From assembly GCA_965612795.1 (NCBI GenBank), contig CBFDTI010000012.1:1-22605 (forward strand): DNA of 22,605 nt, given 5' to 3'. Position numbers and translations under genes: made by a program. Under the pieces are notes generated by a model, which did not search any database, was not told the DNA's origin, and saw only the letters and a list, made by a program, of their open reading frames with translations. Source of the DNA: an uncultured bacterium (GTDB lineage: Bacteria > Hydrothermota > UBA3073 > NMUJ01). Within the stretch, counting starts at the first letter, position 1, and every line of letters starts with the position of its first letter. Positions 7,699-16,857 of the stretch are shown here, one piece after another.

Positions 7699-10056
7699 AT
7701 GAAGCGATTTTTGTACATAGTAGAGGGTTTAGCATTTGTGTTAACATTTTATGTACTAGTCAGCGGTTACGAAGGCGGTTGTATAACCACCAGCGTATGT
7801 CCCGATTATGGTTACAAGCTCGCTTCAGAACATCAAATACTGGCAAAATACAGGGATAGGATCTTAAATAACCGTAATTTGAATAGAGATAAGGCTCTTC
7901 CCGTTGATCCCAAAGACGGTGGCTGTATTTCAGGACGGGTGTTAGGTGAGGGTGTCCCATTGGAGGGAGTATGGGTTGATATCTTCGATACACGTTTCTA
8001 TTATGTAGGTAGCGGCTATACAGACAGCTTGGGTTATTACATAGTCTGTGGTCTATCAGATACCATCGCTTATAAAGCAAAAACCTGGAACAATCTCGGC
8101 TATATTGACAAGTGGTGGGATAACAAGCCCAACTTCTGGTCCGCCGACACTATAGTAGTGGTTGAAGGAGACACCACCACAGATATCAATTTCAACCTAC
8201 CGCTTGGGGGCTACATTTCGGGTAGGGTAACCGCCGAAGGTAAAAACGGTATCCCAGGTGTATGGGTTGATGTTTGGGACCCAGATTGGAACTATGTATC
8301 CTCCGGCTACACTGATAGCTTGGGATTTTATGTTGCCGGCAACATGGAAGAGGGTGTCCCCTACAGGGTGAGCACATGGAACGATCAGAACTATGTTGAT
8401 GAATGGTGGGACGATAAACCTGACATCGTATACGCCGACACTATAATGGTGGTGGCTGGTGATACACTCGAAAACATCGATTTCTCTTTAACAATAGGTA
8501 GCGCAATATCAGGTACCGTGACCGGTCCAGACAAGCAACCCCTTGAGGGCATCATGGTCCAGGCCAGGTCTGTCGTTAACGGCGGTTTCGTCAAAACCGA
8601 TTGGAATGGAACCGATTCCCTCGGTCACTACGTAATCACAGGGCTACCGATTGCTTACGGGTTCGTAAGTGGCTACCGGGTACGTGTTGTTGGATCGAGC
8701 CCGTACGCCCATCAGTGGTATAACGGTAAGTATAGTTTTACCACTGCGGATGTGGTCGACGTAACCCAACCCGGTGATACAGTCACAGGTATCGATTTTC
8801 AACTCGAACTCGGCGGTATCGTCAAAGGTGTGGTAACTGATGAAAACATGGATTCACTTCCAGGGATAGGTATCTACGTTTATGATAACACTTCCAACAG
8901 CCCCTTGGAGCCCGTAGCTTTCACGTTTACGGGATGGTGGCCTGTGATGGGTGGCTACGAGCTCGCCTTGCTACCCGGTACCTATAGGATACGCACCTTT
9001 AATAGAGGAGGCTATATCGACGAATACTATGATGATCAAATAAGTTGGGATGACGCCACCTTAGTTACGGTCAACGTTTCCGAAACCACCTACGTGAACT
9101 TCTCACTCAGTACAGGTGCCACAATCGAAGGCACCGTGTATAGAATGACGCAGAAGGATGGTATGGTTCCATTCCCACGGGTGGCCATAGTGGCTCTACG
9201 TGCCAATACAGGTGAGCTAGTAACCTTTGTCAACTCGTTTCTTGACGGAACTTATAAATTACGTGGGTTACCTACTGGATGGTACAAATTATATGCTTTC
9301 CCATCAGGTGATATGTTTTATCCGACATGGACTAACGTTATGCATGCACCCGAATTCTACAACGACAAGCTTAGCTGGGCTACCGCCGATTCGATATACG
9401 TTAGTGCACCAGATTCGATGATCACCGGGATAGATTTCGTACTTGGTACCGGTGGTGCTGTTGCTGGTAGAGTATCCGACTATCCTAAAGCACCCATCGA
9501 AGGGGCTCAAGTTACAGCTTTCGCATACAGTACCCCACATTATGGCTGGATACCTATACAAGCGCCAGCAGTTACAGATGCAGCCGGCGATTATGTAATA
9601 CCGGGTCTCAGCACCGGTGAGTACAAGGTACGTGCAGAGGCTGAGGGGTATCCAACCAAGTGGTGGGACAATAGGTCAGACTCGAGCAATGCCGACCTTG
9701 TATCAGTAGCTGCACCTGACACAACGGAAGGTATCAATTTCTATCTCTTATTGGGTATAGAAGAAGCTGATCGTGCCCTCACTTACGAACTCTATCAGAA
9801 CCAACCGAACCCATTCACACACAAAACCTACATACAGTATTCCATAGCCGGTAAGAAGCATATCTCGTTGAAGATTTACGACATAACAGGTAGGTTGGTT
9901 AAGACGTTAGTGGATGGCATACAAAAACCCGGCTATTATACGGTAGAGTGGGATGGCACAGACGCCGAAGGTAAGAAACTATCTGTGGGTATCTATTTCT
10001 ATCGACTTGATGCAGGTAACTTCCGTGCAATAAAGAAGCTCATCTTGGTACACTGA
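7699..10056 (+). CDS. Secreted protein with six carboxypeptidase-regulatory-like beta-sandwich repeats and a C-terminal FlgD-Ig/T9SS-type domain
   Basis: SD AAGGAGG precedes ATG 7699, followed by signal peptide MKRFLYIV... Six ~100-aa repeats follow the pattern G.ISGRV...TDSLG.Y...EWWD.K....AD.I.V...I.F.L (about 7918-9753). The C-terminus has QNQPNPF..IYDITGRLV..WDG..G..GIYFYRL. Confidence 0.85.
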   Translation: MKRFLYIVEGLAFVLTFYVLVSGYEGGCITTSVCPDYGYKLASEHQILAKYRDRILNNRNLNRDKALPVDPKDGGCISGRVLGEGVPLEGVWVDIFDTRFYYVGSGYTDSLGYYIVCGLSDTIAYKAKTWNNLGYIDKWWDNKPNFWSADTIVVVEGDTTTDINFNLPLGGYISGRVTAEGKNGIPGVWVDVWDPDWNYVSSGYTDSLGFYVAGNMEEGVPYRVSTWNDQNYVDEWWDDKPDIVYADTIMVVAGDTLENIDFSLTIGSAISGTVTGPDKQPLEGIMVQARSVVNGGFVKTDWNGTDSLGHYVITGLPIAYGFVSGYRVRVVGSSPYAHQWYNGKYSFTTADVVDVTQPGDTVTGIDFQLELGGIVKGVVTDENMDSLPGIGIYVYDNTSNSPLEPVAFTFTGWWPVMGGYELALLPGTYRIRTFNRGGYIDEYYDDQISWDDATLVTVNVSETTYVNFSLSTGATIEGTVYRMTQKDGMVPFPRVAIVALRANTGELVTFVNSFLDGTYKLRGLPTGWYKLYAFPSGDMFYPTWTNVMHAPEFYNDKLSWATADSIYVSAPDSMITGIDFVLGTGGAVAGRVSDYPKAPIEGAQVTAFAYSTPHYGWIPIQAPAVTDAAGDYVIPGLSTGEYKVRAEAEGYPTKWWDNRSDSSNADLVSVAAPDTTEGINFYLLLGIEEADRALTYELYQNQPNPFTHKTYIQYSIAGKKHISLKIYDITGRLVKTLVDGIQKPGYYTVEWDGTDAEGKKLSVGIYFYRLDAGNFRAIKKLILVH

Positions 10057-10160
10057 ACTATAGCGATAGGATAGGTTAACGTCAGCAGCGGCTCGTATTT
10101 TAGATAACGCAGGTAATCTTTTGCAACTTGTCGATTACTAATCCGATCTAATATTCAGTT

Positions 10161-11219
10161 ATGGGCAAATGTCGTGTATGTGGCAAGTCTTCTCTTTACA
10201 TATCAGATGGGTTAGGTATCTGCCTCGATTGTATACGTGATAGGTGGGAAGAAGTCAAACCCTTAGTCAAGGCGGTACACCGACGTGTGAGGAAGAAGTT
10301 CAACCTACCCGCAGAGGTACCACGTGCCGGTCAGCACCCCTGTACCGAATGTGGTAACGAATGTAAGATAGAGACTATCGGTTATTGTGGGTTGAAATAC
10401 GTCGAATCAGGTAAATTAAAGAAACGCGATGGGCTTCTCGAATGGTACTACGATCCGCTACCCACCAACTGTGTAGCCGCATTCGCCTGTGCCGCTACGG
10501 GATGTGGTTACCCCAAGTACTCACGTACAAATGGTGTTGAGTATGGGTACAAAAATCTTGCTATCTTTTACACTGCATGTTCGTTTAACTGTTTATTCTG
10601 CCAAAACTGGCACTTCCGTGTATGTAACCCACGACCAACCACACCAGAGGAGCTGGCCCAAAAGGTGGACCCCCGTACCGCATGTATCTGTTATTTTGGT
10701 GGCGATCCGGGTCCCCAGTTCATACATTCCATAAAGACGTCAGAGCTTGCCATCAAGCGTGGTACAAGGGTCTGTTGGGAGACCAACGGCAACCTCAACC
10801 CGTCTTTACTTGGACAGGCGTTTGAGCTCGCACTCGAATCTGGTGGTACGATTAAGTTTGATCTCAAAGCATACGATGAGAGGGTTGCACTCACGCTGTG
10901 TGGTGTATCCAACCGCCGTACGCTGGATAACTTCAAACGTGTGGGTGAGAGGTTTAACGAACGTCCAGTACCGCCGCCAGTAGTTGCAAGCACATTATTA
11001 GTACCTGGTTATATCGACGAACATGAAGTCGAACAGATAGCCAAATTTATCGCGGGTATCGACCCACGCATACCGTACTCGTTGCTCGCATTCTATCCAC
11101 AGTTCCAGATGAACGACCTACCCACAACACCACGTGAGTTAGCCCTACGTGCATATGAAGTGGCCAAATCGGTTGGGCTCGTAAACGTACACATCGGAAA
11201 TATACACCTACTTTGGTAG
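10161..11219 (+). CDS. Radical SAM protein (PflA/COG1180-like) with Cys-rich N-terminus
   Basis: CSFNCLFCQNW (CxxxCxxC), YFGGDP, WETNG, KFDLKA and STLLVPGY. Confidence 0.9.
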   Translation: MGKCRVCGKSSLYISDGLGICLDCIRDRWEEVKPLVKAVHRRVRKKFNLPAEVPRAGQHPCTECGNECKIETIGYCGLKYVESGKLKKRDGLLEWYYDPLPTNCVAAFACAATGCGYPKYSRTNGVEYGYKNLAIFYTACSFNCLFCQNWHFRVCNPRPTTPEELAQKVDPRTACICYFGGDPGPQFIHSIKTSELAIKRGTRVCWETNGNLNPSLLGQAFELALESGGTIKFDLKAYDERVALTLCGVSNRRTLDNFKRVGERFNERPVPPPVVASTLLVPGYIDEHEVEQIAKFIAGIDPRIPYSLLAFYPQFQMNDLPTTPRELALRAYEVAKSVGLVNVHIGNIHLLW

Positions 11220-11258
11220 TTCTTGATAATCACAGCTAACGAAATATTTTAAATCCTA

Positions 11259-12560
11259 ATGCCAGAGATAACCACATTGAAGGGGATGCACGACTTCCTG
11301 CCCACCGATATGTACGTACGACGTTACGTTATCGATAAGATACGCAATGTTTTCGAAAAATACGGGTATGAACCACTTGAAACACCCGCACTCGAGTACT
11401 ATGATGTACTGAGTGCCAAATACGGTGAGGAGGAACGCCTTATATATAGATTTCAGGATTATGGTGGTAGAGAGGTGGGGTTGAGGTTTGATCTCACTGT
11501 ACCACTTGCGAGGGTGCTCGCTTCACATAATGAGCTACCGTTACCATTTCGACGCTACCAGATACAACCCGTATGGCGTGCTGAGAAACCGCAAAAGGGT
11601 AGGTTCCGCGAGTTCTACCAGTGTGATGTTGATCTTGTAGGTATCAAGTCGATGGCTGCAGATGCTGAGATAATAGCTATCATCTACGATACACTTAAGA
11701 CGTTGGGGTTTGATAAATTCACCATCCGCATAAATAATCGCAAAATCCTGCAAACAATAGCGGAGAGGCTAAATCTACCCGCTGATAAATATTTACCGTT
11801 CTTCAGGGCTATCGATAAACTTGATAAAAAGGGATGGCCCGGCGTTGTAGATGAGCTCATGAGGTTAGGGCTCACCCACAGCAGTATCGAAGAACTTAAG
11901 GGGTTGCTCAAATTACGTGACGTACCTACGAAGATAATATCAACCCTACGTAGGGTGTTGGGTGATATAGAAGGGCTATCGGAAATGGAGTCACTCTTCC
12001 AGTATCTTGATGCATACGGGATACCTACAGAGTATACAGTGTTCGATGTAGCCCTGGCAAGGGGGCTCGATTATTACACCGGGCCTATACACGAGACAGC
12101 GGTGGATGCACCCAAAATCGGTAGCATCACAGGTGGTGGTCGTTACGATAGGTTGTTGGAGATATTCACTGGTAAACCCATACCAGCAGTGGGTACAACG
12201 TTGGGACTCGAACGTATCATAATCGTAATGAAGGAGACCGGCATGATACCTGCATCCGCTATACCAACGAGGGTACTTATGACAATCTTCGATACCACAA
12301 CCTACAAGAAAACGGTCGAGCTTGCACAGCGATTACGTGCGATTGGGGTTAATGTTGCCCTATACCCGGAGTTTGTCAAACTCAGGAAGCAACTCAAATA
12401 CGCAGATAAGGCGAATATACCATGGGTCATAGTCATGGGACCCGACGAGTTAGCTGAGGGTACCTTCCTATTACGTGATATGAAGTCAGGTAACCAATAC
12501 AAGATAAAGTTGACCGATTACCACAAGGTCAAGGAGTACATAGATGGGGTTTTGGGCTGA
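11259..12560 (+). CDS. hisS: Histidine--tRNA ligase
   Basis: KGMHDFLP, LRFDLTVP, WRAEKPQKGRFREFYQCD, RGLDYYTG, GGGRYD, GLERI and an anticodon-binding domain. Confidence 0.97.
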   Translation: MPEITTLKGMHDFLPTDMYVRRYVIDKIRNVFEKYGYEPLETPALEYYDVLSAKYGEEERLIYRFQDYGGREVGLRFDLTVPLARVLASHNELPLPFRRYQIQPVWRAEKPQKGRFREFYQCDVDLVGIKSMAADAEIIAIIYDTLKTLGFDKFTIRINNRKILQTIAERLNLPADKYLPFFRAIDKLDKKGWPGVVDELMRLGLTHSSIEELKGLLKLRDVPTKIISTLRRVLGDIEGLSEMESLFQYLDAYGIPTEYTVFDVALARGLDYYTGPIHETAVDAPKIGSITGGGRYDRLLEIFTGKPIPAVGTTLGLERIIIVMKETGMIPASAIPTRVLMTIFDTTTYKKTVELAQRLRAIGVNVALYPEFVKLRKQLKYADKANIPWVIVMGPDELAEGTFLLRDMKSGNQYKIKLTDYHKVKEYIDGVLG

Positions 12561-13767
12561 TCTTCACGTACATTCGAAATATTCGCGTGCTACGAGCCAA
12601 AACATGGACCCCGCAGGGATTGCGAAGATTGCCAAACTGAAAGGGCTCAAACTCATGGGTACGGGCGATTTCACCCATCCTCTCTATCTGAAGGAACTGA
12701 AACAGTTACTCGAGCCCACCGGTACAGGGTTGTTCGTTTATAACGATGTGTATTTCATGTTAACAACCGAGGTAAGCAATATTTACGAGAAACACGGTCG
12801 TACCTATAAAATACATAACATTATTCTGGCACCCGATTTCCAACACGTAGAGGTTATCAATCGCTACCTCAGCAAGTATGGGGCACTCGAATCCGACGGC
12901 CGTCCTATTTTGGGGCTTGACCCCGAGCTCATGGTACGTGAGTTAAAGAAAATCTCACCCCAGATCGAGGTAATACCAGCACATATATGGACACCATGGT
13001 TTTCGCTGTTTGGTGCCAATAGCGGGGTGAACAAAATCGAAGACGCATTCGGCGATATGACCGAACACATACTGGCACTCGAGACTGGGTTATCGTCGGA
13101 TCCATGGATGAACTGGCATTGGAGTGCACTCGACCGCTGGGCACTTGTGTCGAATTCGGATGCACATTCGCCACTAAATATTGGTAGGGAGGCTAACTAC
13201 TTTGAGACCAAACTCGATTACTTTGATATCATCGACGCCATCCGTACGCAGGACCGTAAGCGGTTCGGTTATACGATAGAGTTCTTCCCAGAAGAGGGTA
13301 AATACCATTACGATGGACATCGCAAGTGTGGTGTGAGGTTACATCCACGTGAGGCGATGTTCAACGACAACATTTGCCCCGTGTGTGGTAAACCCTTAAC
13401 GATAGGTGTGTTACATCGTGTGTATATGTTAGGTGATCGCACAGATGATGAGCTACCTAAGGATAGGATACCGTTTTATCACGTTATACCGTTGCGTGAG
13501 ATAATAGCGGATGTAGTCCATATGGGTAAAGATTCACATACGGTGGAGGACCGCTATATGAGGTTGGTGCGTGAACTTGGTACTGAGATGGAGATATTGT
13601 TGAACCTCAACATAGATGATATAAAAGCTATCGATCCGGAGGTTGGCACCGCTATCGATAAGATGCGACGTGGTGAGGTGAAGGTAGAACCCGGTTACGA
13701 TGGTGTGTATGGGGTGATAAAGATAGAAACAGAGCCACCGGAATCACCTCAGCTATCTTTGTTTTAG
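12544..13767 (+). CDS. Endonuclease Q family protein (PHP domain plus Zn ribbon)
   Basis: DLHVHSKYS, GTGDFTHP, PAHIWTPW, ETGLSSD, SNSDAHS, GKYH...HRKC..CPVCG and PGYDGVYG. Confidence 0.9.
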   Translation: MGFWADLHVHSKYSRATSQNMDPAGIAKIAKLKGLKLMGTGDFTHPLYLKELKQLLEPTGTGLFVYNDVYFMLTTEVSNIYEKHGRTYKIHNIILAPDFQHVEVINRYLSKYGALESDGRPILGLDPELMVRELKKISPQIEVIPAHIWTPWFSLFGANSGVNKIEDAFGDMTEHILALETGLSSDPWMNWHWSALDRWALVSNSDAHSPLNIGREANYFETKLDYFDIIDAIRTQDRKRFGYTIEFFPEEGKYHYDGHRKCGVRLHPREAMFNDNICPVCGKPLTIGVLHRVYMLGDRTDDELPKDRIPFYHVIPLREIIADVVHMGKDSHTVEDRYMRLVRELGTEMEILLNLNIDDIKAIDPEVGTAIDKMRRGEVKVEPGYDGVYGVIKIETEPPESPQLSLF

Positions 13768-13781
13768 TGAATGGAGGTATT

Positions 13782-14981
13782 ATGAAAATATTGACACTTT
13801 TTTGTGGTAACTTTGGCATCGAATACAATCTGTTCGATTTTACGGATAAGCGACTTATAAACTTAATAACCGGTATCATAACAGATATAGGGTCGAGGAC
13901 CGCCGATAACCGTTACGAATGTAAGGGCATGTCTAAGCACGACATACGTGAGGTGTCCAACGTGATTGCGGCACTTAAGTGGATAAACGATACATTGGTT
14001 AAGGAGGGCTTCATAACGACACCTGATGATATAGATGCCGTAGTACATAGGGTGATACATGGGTTGACGAAATACAGGAAAGAATTGGTGAAAGTAACAC
14101 CTGAGGTTATCGATGATGTGTTGGAGTTTGCCGATTTCGCTCCCGAACATAACCCCTATAATGCTGAGGGTATGAAAGCAGCGCTTATAGTTTATCCACA
14201 TGCGGAACAGTTTGCATTTTTTGACACCGCACCGTTTGTTGACTTACCAGCAAAGGCGTACATGTATGGGTTGCCGTATCAGTTCTATACCCAATACCAC
14301 ATACGGAGGTATGGGTTTCATGGGATATCACACTTATGTGCAATCAGCGAAGCATGTAAACTGATAGGTAAATCCATGCAACGTATGAAGATAATCAGCC
14401 TGTACGTGGGACGTGGTGTCTCAATGGCAGCATTCGATAAGGGGAAAGCTATCGATACCTCCATGGGGTTTTCGCCACTCGAGGGCCTCATAATGAAGAT
14501 GCGTTCAGGTAATGTAGATCCACAGATCCTGTTGTATCTTGCATCACGTGAGGGGCTATCACTCATTGAGATAGGTAGCATACTGAACAAGAGTAGCGGA
14601 TTATTGGGGCTCATCGGTACGACCGACATCGGGCATGCATACGAGGAGGCTACCCGTGGTAACGAACAGGCAAGGGTGGGGCTCGACACGTTTGTATACC
14701 AGATACAGAAGTACTTTGGTGCGTATTATGTGGCGTTGAAAGGTGTTGACTTGCTTGTGTTTATTGCACGTGATGAAGATGTGGTACCACAGCTGTGGAT
14801 AGATATTGTGAAAGGTCTGGAATTCATGGGTGCCGCTATAGATGAAACCAAAGCACATGCCACTGTACGTGAGGAGCCCACTATATTGAGTACTGACAAG
14901 TCTAGGTTCGCAATCGTATATGTACCAAGGCATGAAGAACGCTGTATGGCTAAGAGGGTGGCGGAGTTACTCCAAAGATGA
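13782..14981 (+). CDS. Acetate kinase paralog with degenerate ATP/Mg-binding motifs (probable pseudokinase)
   Basis: Full length and colinear with AckA (HRVIHG, APEHNP, FDT, RRYGFHG.SH, DTSMGFSPLEGL, RSG..DP, SGLLG). SD GGAGG precedes ATG 13782. Several catalytic motifs are altered. Confidence 0.85.
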   Translation: MKILTLFCGNFGIEYNLFDFTDKRLINLITGIITDIGSRTADNRYECKGMSKHDIREVSNVIAALKWINDTLVKEGFITTPDDIDAVVHRVIHGLTKYRKELVKVTPEVIDDVLEFADFAPEHNPYNAEGMKAALIVYPHAEQFAFFDTAPFVDLPAKAYMYGLPYQFYTQYHIRRYGFHGISHLCAISEACKLIGKSMQRMKIISLYVGRGVSMAAFDKGKAIDTSMGFSPLEGLIMKMRSGNVDPQILLYLASREGLSLIEIGSILNKSSGLLGLIGTTDIGHAYEEATRGNEQARVGLDTFVYQIQKYFGAYYVALKGVDLLVFIARDEDVVPQLWIDIVKGLEFMGAAIDETKAHATVREEPTILSTDKSRFAIVYVPRHEERCMAKRVAELLQR

Positions 14982-16186
14982 AGATATTGGTACTGAATTG
15001 TGGTAGCTCATCCATAAAGTATCGGTTATTCGATGACGATACAACAATCGCAAGAGGTGTGGTCGAGAAGATAGGTGAGGAGGTATCGTTATTCTCACAT
15101 CACTCCGAGGGTGTGGAGATCAAGAAACAGCCGATAAAAATACCTGACCATACCAGAGGTATCGAACTTGTGCTCAACACGCTCGTGGATAAGGGTGTCA
15201 TCCACGACTATGGTGAGATAGATGCGATAGGGCATCGTGTTGTACATGGGGGTGAGGAGTTCAAATCCTCGGTACTTATAGATGATAGGGTGATGCGTAC
15301 CCTCTATGCGTGTGTACCGTTTGCACCTTTACATAATCCACACAACATCAAGGGTATAGAGAGCTGTAAGCAGATATTGCCGAACGTACCACAGGTGGCA
15401 GTATTCGATACTGCATTCCATCAAACTATGGGGCCAGTAGCTTTCCTGTATGCGATACCATATCATTACTATGAAAGGTATGGGTTGAGAAGGTACGGGT
15501 TTCATGGTACATCACATTATTATGTATCAAACAGGGCTGCTGAGCTTATGGGGCAACCTATGAGCGAACTTAAGATGATAACTGCACATTTAGGTAACGG
15601 TTGCAGTGTGGCGGCAATCAAATCCGGTAAGGTGGTCGATACATCGATGGGGTTTACGCCGTTGGAGGGGCTCGTCATGGGTACAAGGAGCGGTGATATC
15701 GATCCAGCAATCGTTACATTCCTCATACGTAAGGAGAGGTTGTCACCGGACGAGGTCGATTCCATACTTAACAAGCGGAGTGGGTTGTTGGGTATTTCAG
15801 GTATATCCAACGATATGCGGCAACTCATAGATGCAAGCAACAAGGGTAACGAGCGTGCAAGGTTGGCGATCGATATATTCGCCTATAGGGTGAAAAAGTA
15901 TATATCCGCATATGCGGGTGTGTTGGGTGGGGTTGATGCAATAGTATTTACCGCAGGTATAGGTGAGAATGCACCTCTTGTGAGGAAGAAAATACTGGAG
16001 GGGTTGGAATTCATGGGTATACAGCTGGACGATGAGCTTAATGAATGTATGGTGGGTGGTAGGGAGGGGGTCATATCGAAACCTGATGCAAAGGTGAAGC
16101 TGTTTGTGATACCCACAAACGAGGAACTAGTCATCGCACGTGAAACCCGCAAGATAGTCGAACAGCTGCAGGGGGTGAAGCCATGA
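14978..16186 (+). CDS. ackA: Acetate kinase
   Basis: All canonical motifs are present: LNCGSSSIK, GHRVVHGG, APLHNP, FDTAFH, HLGNG, GTRSG, DMR, FTAGIGEN and PTNEE. Confidence 0.97.
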   Translation: MKILVLNCGSSSIKYRLFDDDTTIARGVVEKIGEEVSLFSHHSEGVEIKKQPIKIPDHTRGIELVLNTLVDKGVIHDYGEIDAIGHRVVHGGEEFKSSVLIDDRVMRTLYACVPFAPLHNPHNIKGIESCKQILPNVPQVAVFDTAFHQTMGPVAFLYAIPYHYYERYGLRRYGFHGTSHYYVSNRAAELMGQPMSELKMITAHLGNGCSVAAIKSGKVVDTSMGFTPLEGLVMGTRSGDIDPAIVTFLIRKERLSPDEVDSILNKRSGLLGISGISNDMRQLIDASNKGNERARLAIDIFAYRVKKYISAYAGVLGGVDAIVFTAGIGENAPLVRKKILEGLEFMGIQLDDELNECMVGGREGVISKPDAKVKLFVIPTNEELVIARETRKIVEQLQGVKP

Positions 16187-16857
16187 GTATTGCAAGGTTT
16201 ATTGACCAAACGTTACTCAAGCCTGACAGATCGGAAGCTGAGGTTATCGATTTCATCCGTCGCAGTAAAAAGTATCCGTTTGCAGCAATATTTGTGTTAC
16301 CGAGGTGGGTGACACTTGCGTGTGGGGAGCTCAAAGATACGAAGCTGAAGGTAGGTACGGTGGTAGGGTTCCCATTTGGTGCGAACAAGACTGAGGTTAA
16401 GGTTAAAGAGACACAGGTGGCGGTGGAGGATGGTGCGAAAGAGATCGATATGGTGATCGATATAGGGGGGCTCAAGTCAGGTGATTACGAGAGGGTGCTC
16501 ACCGATATTAAGGAGGTGGTGGCTGCTGCTGATGGTAGGTTGGTGAAGGTTATCATAGAGACAGCGTATCTTACTGAACGTGAGAAGATCAAGGCGTGTG
16601 AGCTCATAATTGAGGGCGGTGCACATTTTGTGAAAACATCCACCGGCTATGGGCCGGCAGGTGCTACAGTGGATGATGTGCGATTATTACGCCGGATAGT
16701 AGGTAATAGGGTGGGGGTGAAAGCCTCCGGTGGTATAAGGACTTACGCACAGGCGATGGATATGCTACGTGCGGGTGCGTCACGGATAGGTACATCAACC
16801 GGGATAGAGATTGTGGAGGAGGAGCATGCCAAATCTAAAGGAGATAATAGAGCGTAA
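16183..16857 (+). CDS. deoC: Deoxyribose-phosphate aldolase
   Basis: IDQTLLKP, VVGFPFG, EIDMV, KVIIET, FVKTSTG, VKASGGIRT and RIGTS. Confidence 0.96.
   Translation: MSIARFIDQTLLKPDRSEAEVIDFIRRSKKYPFAAIFVLPRWVTLACGELKDTKLKVGTVVGFPFGANKTEVKVKETQVAVEDGAKEIDMVIDIGGLKSGDYERVLTDIKEVVAAADGRLVKVIIETAYLTEREKIKACELIIEGGAHFVKTSTGYGPAGATVDDVRLLRRIVGNRVGVKASGGIRTYAQAMDMLRAGASRIGTSTGIEIVEEEHAKSKGDNRA

Noticed and set aside
7699..7800. Secreted repeat protein as a lipoprotein substrate of the adjacent Lgt
   Set aside because: YEGGC is not a canonical lipobox, and the C-terminal sorting domain suggests another export route.
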